From Actinomycetota bacterium (GTDB lineage: Bacteria > Actinomycetota > Acidimicrobiia > IMCC26256 > VFJJ01), in NCBI GenBank assembly GCA_009886115.1, contig VFJJ01000053.1, forward strand, positions 1 through 53,734: a stretch of DNA of 53,734 nt, in the 5' to 3' direction. The translations under genes and the position numbers were made by a program. Shown here in pieces: positions 38,790 to 46,350 of the stretch. Each line of letters starts with the position of its first letter. The stretch's first letter is position 1. The notes under the pieces were generated by a model that was not told the origin of the DNA, did not search any database, and worked only from the letters and a program-made list of their open reading frames with translations.

Positions 38790-39497
38790 GTGCCCACGAT
38801 CCTCGTGGTCGATGACGAACCTGCCTACCGCGATGCGCTGCGCGCAGCGTTGCAACGTGAGGGGTTCGGCGTCGACCTAGCCGCCGATGGCCCCGACGCC
38901 TTGCGCAGGGTCAAGGCGAGCGCGCCCGACCTGGTGCTGCTCGACCTCATGCTCCCAGGCATGTCGGGCATCGACGTGTGCCGGGAGATCCGCAAGATGT
39001 CGGCCGTGCCCATCATCATGGTGACGGCCCGCGACTCCGAGCTCGAGACGGTCGTCGGTCTCGAGGTTGGCGCCGACGACTACGTGACCAAGCCGTTCCG
39101 ACTGCGCGAGCTCGTCGCCCGCGTTCGGGCCACGCTGCGGCGCTCGGCAGCTGCATCGCAGATCGCCGCCGGCAATGGAGCCGTCGGGACAGGCGAGGTC
39201 GTCGAGATCGCCGACGTGAGGCTCGACGGCGCCAGCCACGAGGTCCTCGTCAAGGGAGCTACCGTCCACATGCCCCGCAAGGAGTTCGAGCTCCTCGAGT
39301 TGCTCATGCTCAATGCCGGGATCGCCATCACCCGCGACACACTGATCGACCGGGTGTGGGGCGGCGACTACGTCGGTGACACCAAGACCCTCGACGTCCA
39401 CGTGAAGCGCATCCGCGCCAAGATCGAGGACGATCCCGCCAGCCCCAGGCGGATCACCACGATTCGCGGGGTCGGTTACCGCTACGAGAAGCGATAG
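38790..39497 (+). CDS. regX3: OmpR-family response regulator, RegX3-like
   Basis: ILVVDDE, LLDLMLPG, GADDYVTKPF, KEFELLE, RVWG.DYVGDTKTLDVHVKR.R.KIE.DP; TATGGT -10 located 7 nt before GTG 38790. Confidence 0.8.
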   Translation: MPTILVVDDEPAYRDALRAALQREGFGVDLAADGPDALRRVKASAPDLVLLDLMLPGMSGIDVCREIRKMSAVPIIMVTARDSELETVVGLEVGADDYVTKPFRLRELVARVRATLRRSAAASQIAAGNGAVGTGEVVEIADVRLDGASHEVLVKGATVHMPRKEFELLELLMLNAGIAITRDTLIDRVWGGDYVGDTKTLDVHVKRIRAKIEDDPASPRRITTIRGVGYRYEKR

Positions 39498-39509
39498 CGG
39501 CGACGCTAC

Positions 39510-42194
39510 TCAGATGCTGAAGGCCGCCACCGCGGTCACCGGGCGCGACGGCGGATCGGAGCCGAGCGAGCCGGCGAACGGCCTGTCGGAGAAGGCGAAC
39601 GCGCCGCCGTCCTCACCCACCATCAGGTAGCCGCTCCCGAATGCAACCATCCCGGCGATCGGACGGCGCAGGGGCTGATCGGGTGGGAGGACGCCTGGGA
39701 TCGATCCCCGGAACTCGGCCAGGAAGGCGAACACACCCCCGTCGGACGCAACCAGCCAGTACCCGGAACCATCACGATCGGGAACCAGTGACCGTACCGG
39801 CGCGTTGAGCTGATGCCCGCCCATCGAGCCGTGAAACTGGGCGTCGCCGAACGCGAACACCCCACCGTCGGACGCGACCAGGTAATAGCCGTTGCCGGAT
39901 GGGCTCCGGATCGAGTCGCGCACGGGGCCGTTGAGTTGCAGGCTCGACAGATCGCCGAACGATGCGATGTTTCCGAACCTGATGACGCGACCACGATTCG
40001 TGAACACCCAGTATCCCAATCCGGTCGCGGTGGCCGAGATGCTCACCGCGCTCTCGTCGCCGACGAGCTGCCCGACCGGCACCGAGCCGTGGTCGACCGC
40101 GTCGCCGAAAGGGTGAACGCCACCGAGGGAGTCGAGGAGCCAGTACCCCCCGGCCGAGACGGTCGGCTCGATATCGACCACGACCACGTTGCCACGTCCG
40201 TCCGCTCGAGCCGCGGCGACCATCGACGATGCATCACCCAGCACCCGGGAGTCGCCGAACGCGTAGACCACTCCGGCATCGTCGACCATCCAATATCCCG
40301 AGGCTCGCGGCGGCGCCCCGACCGGGCTGCCGAGCGTGACACGGTTCGAAGCGGCCGAAGGTTGACCCGTGCCGGCCGCGTTGATCGCCGTGACCGTGAA
40401 CGAGTACACGCCGTCAGCCAACGGTGCGACGGTCGCCGATGTGGCCGTCGCACCGGCTCGCACCGATAACCCACCCGGGATGGCCGTTATCTCGTACGCC
40501 GTTGGCGGCGTTCCCCCGTTGGCTCCCGGAGCGATCCACGAGACCTCGGCTGAGCCCGATCCCGGCCGAGCCTGAACCCCGGTGGGAGAGCCCGGCGCGA
40601 TGTCGTCGGCGATCACGAGGCCCACGACCGATCGACCGTGGAGCACGGGCACACCGTTGCCTGCGGTCCGGTGGCCCATCAGGCTCACCGTGTGCGGCCC
40701 GGAGCCGACCCGGGTGAGCAACGAGACGGCGATCGACTGGTCGTACCCGTCGTTCGACGGGTCGACGAACGAGTCGACCCAGCGGTCGGTCCGGTCGTCG
40801 CCGGATGTCGCATCGAGCCCCAACCGGAAACGTCCCTGCGTGTACCCGACACCGTTCTCGACGTTCATCGAGGTCGTCGCCGTCGCGATGAGCGTTCCTG
40901 GGAACCGGGCCTCGAGCGTGCACGCCCCGAGCCTCTGCCACACCGGAGCGCTCGCCATGACCGCAACCGCTCCGGTGCCACGTTCGGAGCACCCCGTGAC
41001 AGCGGGACTGTCGGCCGGGAACGTGATCACCACGAGGCTCGGGTCGTCGAGGACAACGGTGCCGGTACCGACATCGCGGGCGACGCTGAGGTCGAAGGCC
41101 CGGGTCCCGGCGGCGACCGGGACCATCGACGCGATCCCGATGCTGCCGTAGGTGTGCCCCAAGGTCGGGGCGTCGTCGACGGTTGCCCAGTGATCGACCA
41201 CCGTCGGAGAGAAGTCGTTGGCCACACGGAGCCGGGCCTCGTAGGGCTGCCCACGCTCGCCCGGGAGCCGGCCGAGCGACCCGCTGCCCAGCACCAGCGC
41301 GAACCCGTCGACCGGGACCTCGATGGTGCAGCCGCCCGCGGGCACGAATGAAGCCGAGGCGGTCACGACCCGGGACGCGGCGCCGGGTGCCGACCCGGGC
41401 GACCAACAGGCCGCCGAGTCGGGGCTGTCGCCCGGGACGGCGATGGCCACGATCGACGGGTCGACGACGATCATCCTGTTCCCCGACAAGGGTTCCAGGC
41501 TCGCCATGAGGGCGATGACATGGACACCCGGGGCCATGAGGGTGCCGGTCGTGAGGGTGAACGTCCGACTGACCGGATGGTTCACGTCGAGGTGTGCGCC
41601 GTCGACGGTGATCAGCCGCTCGGCGGCGGTGTCGGCGGCGGAGTCGGAGTCGGCGGCGGTGTCGGAGTCGGAGTCGGCGGCGGGCCTCGGGCCGTCGACC
41701 GCCACCGAGAAACGGGCGTGATAGGGCCCGTTGTTCGGGAACACGTCGTCGTGCTGGACGATGGTGCCCGTCGAAGTGATGACGACCACGCTCTCGACAG
41801 CCAGAGCCAACGAGCACGAGCCGACCACCGCGGGGGTCGTGGAGGTGCTCGTCCAGGTGGTGTCGGCCGAGTACCCACAGGTCACGGGGATCGACGGCGC
41901 CGCGACAACTCCGGTGGCCGGGCCCGGCGATCCGGCAGGCTCGGCCGCACCGGCAGCCAACGGAGCGATCGCCAGGCTGGCGATCGCCGCGACGGCGATC
42001 CCCGTGACGGCGACTCGGGCGACGGCGACTCGGGCGAGGAGCAGCGCGACCGACGACGGCACGCCGCCTCGACGGCACGGTCGCCGACCACGGGGCGCGC
42101 CGGACGGACGTCGGATCATGGCGGCCCTCCCCCGGCTCCCGGCGTCCCGGCGTCCCCGGCTGTTGGTCACCCGACCCGTCGAATCGGATGACAT
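39510..42194 (-). CDS. Secreted/surface protein: hydrophobic signal, three tandem ~140-aa beta domains, FN3 domain, C-terminal GYW..SDGG.F.FG repeats
   Basis: FN3 PGSPTGV...VSWIAP.ANGG.P.T.Y...YSFTVTAIN..G; repeats GYWMVDDAG, GYWLLDSLGG, GYYLVASDGGVFAFG and GYWLVASDGGVFAF; may start at ATG 42119. Confidence 0.85.
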   Translation of the reverse strand: MSSDSTGRVTNSRGRRDAGSRGRAAMIRRPSGAPRGRRPCRRGGVPSSVALLLARVAVARVAVTGIAVAAIASLAIAPLAAGAAEPAGSPGPATGVVAAPSIPVTCGYSADTTWTSTSTTPAVVGSCSLALAVESVVVITSTGTIVQHDDVFPNNGPYHARFSVAVDGPRPAADSDSDTAADSDSAADTAAERLITVDGAHLDVNHPVSRTFTLTTGTLMAPGVHVIALMASLEPLSGNRMIVVDPSIVAIAVPGDSPDSAACWSPGSAPGAASRVVTASASFVPAGGCTIEVPVDGFALVLGSGSLGRLPGERGQPYEARLRVANDFSPTVVDHWATVDDAPTLGHTYGSIGIASMVPVAAGTRAFDLSVARDVGTGTVVLDDPSLVVITFPADSPAVTGCSERGTGAVAVMASAPVWQRLGACTLEARFPGTLIATATTSMNVENGVGYTQGRFRLGLDATSGDDRTDRWVDSFVDPSNDGYDQSIAVSLLTRVGSGPHTVSLMGHRTAGNGVPVLHGRSVVGLVIADDIAPGSPTGVQARPGSGSAEVSWIAPGANGGTPPTAYEITAIPGGLSVRAGATATSATVAPLADGVYSFTVTAINAAGTGQPSAASNRVTLGSPVGAPPRASGYWMVDDAGVVYAFGDSRVLGDASSMVAAARADGRGNVVVVDIEPTVSAGGYWLLDSLGGVHPFGDAVDHGSVPVGQLVGDESAVSISATATGLGYWVFTNRGRVIRFGNIASFGDLSSLQLNGPVRDSIRSPSGNGYYLVASDGGVFAFGDAQFHGSMGGHQLNAPVRSLVPDRDGSGYWLVASDGGVFAFLAEFRGSIPGVLPPDQPLRRPIAGMVAFGSGYLMVGEDGGAFAFSDRPFAGSLGSDPPSRPVTAVAAFSI

Positions 42195-42279
42195 CCACGG
42201 CTGAACCGATCGGGATCCCGCAACCGCAGCGCTCCCCCGACGGCCCGGCCACCCAGCGTGGCTGGCATCGGGCGACGAG

Positions 42280-43074
42280 TCAAGCCGAAGCCGCCAACCG
42301 GGCCCGCTCGTGGGCCTCGCGAACGACGGGGGCCTTGGGGAGGGTCACGTCGAGCACCCTCGCCAACGGGATCACCGCCGCCCGCACAGCCGGCGTCGCC
42401 GGGCTCAGCCACGGCAGCCGGTAGAGCCGGCGGATGCGCCGGGGCAGGATGGCCACCGCCGCGGTCACCGGGACCGCCCACAGCGGCCGGTACCGCAGCG
42501 GCATCGGCGGGAACATGAGCAGCCGGAGGCCCTCGCGAGACGCCGACGTCACCCGGAGGCCCTCGACCGACCGGAGGTACTCCCGGAGCTCGCCGTAGGT
42601 CGTCGGAGCGAGCCGGGCCGGCAGGCCCACCATGACGGCCACGGTGGCCATCTCGGCGACGTACTGGTCGGCATCGCCGGGCGAGACCCGTCCGGCGTAG
42701 GCCCGGTAGGCCGCAAGGAACGAGTGGACCTCGACGGCGTGGATCCACAGGAGGAGGTCGGGGTCGGCTGCCGAATAGGCCCGACCGGTCACCGGGTCGA
42801 CGCCCGCCACGTGCCCGTGCACGGCCCGTACCCGGCGCACGAGTCGGCGAGCGGTCGCCGTGTCGCCGTAGGTGGTGCCGAGCACGAACTCGGCCGTGCG
42901 GTGCAAGCGGCCCCACGGGTCGGCGCGGTAGGCGCTGTGCTCGACGACGCCGGCCATGGCCCGGGGCTCGCAGGCCTGGATCAGCAGGGCCCGCAATCCA
43001 CCGACGAGCATCACCGGGTCGGCATGGAGCCGCCAGGCTACGGAGTCGGGCCCGAACAGCCCCAGGTCACCCAT
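42280..43074 (-). CDS. MpaB/rubber-oxygenase-like (DUF2236) protein
   Basis: GLFGPDSVAWRLH, GGLRALL.Q, GV.EHS, RL.RT, H..V.G and YSAADPDLLLWIH. Confidence 0.88.
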   Translation of the reverse strand: MGDLGLFGPDSVAWRLHADPVMLVGGLRALLIQACEPRAMAGVVEHSAYRADPWGRLHRTAEFVLGTTYGDTATARRLVRRVRAVHGHVAGVDPVTGRAYSAADPDLLLWIHAVEVHSFLAAYRAYAGRVSPGDADQYVAEMATVAVMVGLPARLAPTTYGELREYLRSVEGLRVTSASREGLRLLMFPPMPLRYRPLWAVPVTAAVAILPRRIRRLYRLPWLSPATPAVRAAVIPLARVLDVTLPKAPVVREAHERARLAASA

Positions 43075-43142
43075 CGCCTCGAACGGTAGCGTGCTTCGGG
43101 TGACGGGCCGAGGGCGCCCTCGAAGCCCACGGGAGGTCCACG

Positions 43143-43985
43143 ATGACGTTCGACGTGCTCGACTGCCACCATCACGTCGGCGATCCGATGACGGCCCTCG
43201 GGGGTGCGCTCGGTGAGGGTGCACCGGGTACCGACGACGCGGCACTGGCCGAGATGGCGACGTGGGAGCTCGTCGAACGCCTGCGGATCATGGACGCCGG
43301 CGGCGTGCGCCAGGCGATCGTGATCCCCGGTCACGGCTACCTCAGGCCCGACGGGATCGCCGATACCCGGCGCGTCAACGATGAGATCGCCACCTACCGT
43401 GACCGCACGCCCGACCGCTTCCCGGGCGCGGTGGGGATCGTCGAACCGCAGCACGGGATGGCCTCGTTCGGCGAGCTCGACCGGTGCCGCGCCGAGTTGG
43501 GTCTCGTCGGCATCAGCTTCCACACCCGGTTCCAGGGCGTGTCGCTCGACAGCCGTTGGATCACCAGGTACGTGGAACGCATGGGGGAGCTGGGTCTCGT
43601 GCCTGTCATCCACTGCATCCCCGAGTCGCCGGACGAGGCGCTGTGGAAGCTCCTCGCGCTGGCACGGGCCTTCCCCGATCTGCCGATGCTCGTCCTCGAC
43701 GCGTTCGAGGCCTACGAGACCACGCGAGAGATCTCGGCCATCGCCGACCTGGTGCCGGCCGTCTGCTTCGACACCAGCCTGTCGTACAACTTCGACTTCA
43801 TCGAGGAGTTCGCCCGACGCTTCGGAGCGGAGCGGGTCGTGTTCGGCACCGACCTCTACTCGGCGCCCCTGGGCCGACGCATCAGTCACCTCCTCCCCCA
43901 GATCCTCGAGTCGTCGCTCCCCGACTCCGACAAGGCCCTCATCCTCGGCGGCAACGCCCGACGCCTCTTCGGCCTGACGTCGTGA
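43143..43985 (+). CDS. Amidohydrolase_2 family protein
   Basis: DCHHH, ND.IA, PDRF, VIHC, FDTS, GAERVVFGTD and ILGGNARRLF; GGAGG RBS. Confidence 0.88.
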   Translation: MTFDVLDCHHHVGDPMTALGGALGEGAPGTDDAALAEMATWELVERLRIMDAGGVRQAIVIPGHGYLRPDGIADTRRVNDEIATYRDRTPDRFPGAVGIVEPQHGMASFGELDRCRAELGLVGISFHTRFQGVSLDSRWITRYVERMGELGLVPVIHCIPESPDEALWKLLALARAFPDLPMLVLDAFEAYETTREISAIADLVPAVCFDTSLSYNFDFIEEFARRFGAERVVFGTDLYSAPLGRRISHLLPQILESSLPDSDKALILGGNARRLFGLTS

Positions 43986-44072
43986 TCGAGCGCTGACGGC
44001 GCCGTCCCGGCTCGCTCGGCAGTCGCACCGAAGCCCGTGTGCCCCACCGGCTGCAGGCGTTACGCTGCGCCG

Positions 44073-45089
44073 ATGGGCACGGTGCAGGCTCCCCAGCACG
44101 AGTACCTCGATGTCGACGCCCTGGTCGACGACTACCACGAGCGAGGCTGGACCGACGGGCTCCCGATCGTCGCGCCCACGCCCGAGAAGGTCGAGCGCTT
44201 CCTCGCTGTGGCTGGCCTGCGAGGCGACGAGGTGCTGGGTCATGTGCCCACCCGCGAGGTGACCGTCACCGCCGAGCAGGTGGCGATCAACGCCGTGATG
44301 GCCGGATGCCGGGCCGAGTACCTCCCGACGGTGATCGCCGCCGTCCGGGCCCATCTCCACGAGAAGGCCAACTGCCACTCGACCACGGGGACGCTCTCGG
44401 GTGCGTTCCAGATGGTCATCGTGAACGGCCCGGCCCGCGCCGCGCTGGGTGTCGCGTGCGAGGGCGCGTGCTTCGGGCCGGGCTTCAGAGCCAACGCCAC
44501 CATCGGGCGAGCGCTGCGCCTGGTGATCCGCAACGCGTGCCGGGCGATTCCGGGGTTCCTCGACCGGGCCTCGTTCTCGACGCCGGCCCGCTACTCGATG
44601 TGCTTCGGCGAAGACGAGGAGGGCTCCGGGGCCACCTGGCGGCCGATGCACGTCGAGCGGGGCTTCGCGGCCACCGACTCCACGGTCACCGTGCAGTCGG
44701 TGATGGTCGTGGTACCGGCCACCGACTTCACGGCCCGGACACCGGAAGCCGTGTGCGACACGCTCGTGGCGACCATCAGATCGAAGGGCACGAGCGGCGA
44801 TGCCTTCCTCGAAGGCGCAGGCGAGGTCGTGGTCGTGATCGGCCCCGAGCACCGCCGCTTCTTCCTCGAGGCGGGCTGGTCGAAGGACGACATCCGCGCC
44901 AACCTGCACCCGCGCATCACCGCGCTCGATGGACCGGGACGGCCGGTCAAGTTCCCCGACACCGAGCCCGAGCGGCTCCTCCTGGTCGCCGCAGGGGGTC
45001 CCGGGATGGGAGAATCGTGGGTGTTCATCCCCCACCTGTCGCGAGCGATCACCGAACCCATCCGGACCGCGGTCACCACGTCACCCTGA
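44073..45089 (+). CDS. Conserved partner protein of UGSC-family (seleno)proteins
   Basis: GWTDGLPIVAPT, TAEQVAINAVMAGC..EYLP.V, STTG, VNGP, GPGFRANATIGRALRL and VAAGGPG; TACGCT -10 located 6 nt before the ATG. Confidence 0.82.
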   Translation: MGTVQAPQHEYLDVDALVDDYHERGWTDGLPIVAPTPEKVERFLAVAGLRGDEVLGHVPTREVTVTAEQVAINAVMAGCRAEYLPTVIAAVRAHLHEKANCHSTTGTLSGAFQMVIVNGPARAALGVACEGACFGPGFRANATIGRALRLVIRNACRAIPGFLDRASFSTPARYSMCFGEDEEGSGATWRPMHVERGFAATDSTVTVQSVMVVVPATDFTARTPEAVCDTLVATIRSKGTSGDAFLEGAGEVVVVIGPEHRRFFLEAGWSKDDIRANLHPRITALDGPGRPVKFPDTEPERLLLVAAGGPGMGESWVFIPHLSRAITEPIRTAVTTSP

Positions 45090-45108
45090 ATCAGCTGGAG
45101 GAACGCCC

Positions 45109-45645
45109 ATGATCGTCGGCCTCGACCCCACGAGTGGTTCCCTCGACAAGCTGCCCGACAAGGGCGCCGCGCCACGCCCCAAGACCCTCGACGGTACCGT
45201 GATCGCCTTCATCGCCAACGGTCTCGGCCGCGGCGCCGATCTGATGGACGCTCTGTACGCGGAGCTCAGCCGCGACACCACCTTCGCCGGGTCGATCAAG
45301 GTCGTCAAGAACAGCGTGTCGATACCGCCAGAGCCCCAAGACTGGGAACGGATCCTCGCCGAGGCCACCGTCGCCGTCACCGGCTTCGGTGGTTGAGGCT
45401 CCTGCAGCGCCCGCAGTTTGCGGGACTCCGTGGAGCTGGAATGGAACGGCATCCCGTCGATCACCTTGGTGCACGAGGCCCTGCGGGGCTCGGCCGAGGC
45501 GATCTGCCGGGTGAGCGGCATGGCCGGCTACCCGTTCATCACCGTCGACTATCCGCACGTCCCCACGGCGATCTGGACCGACGACGAGATCGCCAGCATC
45601 GCCAAGGCCGTCGCGCCCGAGGTCCATCGGCAACTGTCAGCGTGA
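45109..45645 (+). CDS. UGSC-family selenoprotein, 178 aa, with Sec at codon 96 (TGA 45394-45396)
   Basis: GGAGG RBS; MIVGLDPT...APRPKTLDG..IAFIANG...GFGG-U-GSCSARSLRDSVELE..GIP; the two ORF-track pieces are in frame; SECIS-like hairpin follows. Confidence 0.88.
45398..45436 (+). promoter_or_regulatory. Bacterial SECIS-like stem-loop
   Basis: Apical stem CCCGCA-GTT-TGCGGG (45410-45424) with G first in the loop, ~20 nt after the UGA; lower stem GCTCC/GGAGC. Confidence 0.72.
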
Positions 45646-46326
45646 GGGTCCGTATCCGGCCCCCCACGCTGACAGTTGGAGCCAGAGCCCGTCGACGGCG
45701 GCCTCCAGCTCGACCCGGTCACCTGCGTTGACGATCACCACGTCGGCGATCTTCCGGCGCTCGTCGTCGCTGGCCTGATTGGCCAACCGGGCGAGCACGT
45801 CGTCTCTCGCCATGCCCCGGGCCACGGCCCGCTCGATGCGCAGCTCGACGGGCGCCTCCACGACGACGACCATCTCGTAGAGCCCGCGCCCGAGCCGGCT
45901 CTCGGCCAGCACCGCCATGTCGAGCACCACGATCTCGGGTGGACGGTGTGAGCGGGACAGGTGGGAGATCGAGTTCGCCAGCTCGGCGTCGATGGCCGGG
46001 TGCACGATGGCCGTGAGCCGGGCCAGGGCCGCCGGATCAGCGAAGACGATCTGCGCCAGCGCCGGACGGGCGATGCCGCCGTCGTCGCCCTCGACCGCCG
46101 GGCCGAACTCGGCCAGCACGGCGTCGACGGCCCGCCCGCCCGGCATCTGCACCTCGCGACCGAGCGCGTCGACATCGATGACCGCGGCCCCGCGCTCGGC
46201 CAGCATGCCAGCCGCCGTCGATTTCCCGGCCCCGATCCCACCGGTCAACCCCACGACGATCACTCCGGCGCCTCCGGGCGGGGTTGCGGGCCCGACGGGC
46301 TCCGGGCCTCCGATCGTGACGGACAC
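45637..46326 (-). CDS. coaE: Dephospho-CoA kinase
   Basis: VGLTGGIGAGKST, ID.D, R.ALAQIVF.D, IVHP and ADVVI.N; start may be GTG 46263. Confidence 0.93.
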   Translation of the reverse strand: MSVTIGGPEPVGPATPPGGAGVIVVGLTGGIGAGKSTAAGMLAERGAAVIDVDALGREVQMPGGRAVDAVLAEFGPAVEGDDGGIARPALAQIVFADPAALARLTAIVHPAIDAELANSISHLSRSHRPPEIVVLDMAVLAESRLGRGLYEMVVVVEAPVELRIERAVARGMARDDVLARLANQASDDERRKIADVVIVNAGDRVELEAAVDGLWLQLSAWGAGYGPSR

Positions 46327-46350
46327 TAACGAACGAGCACGAGCACGAGC

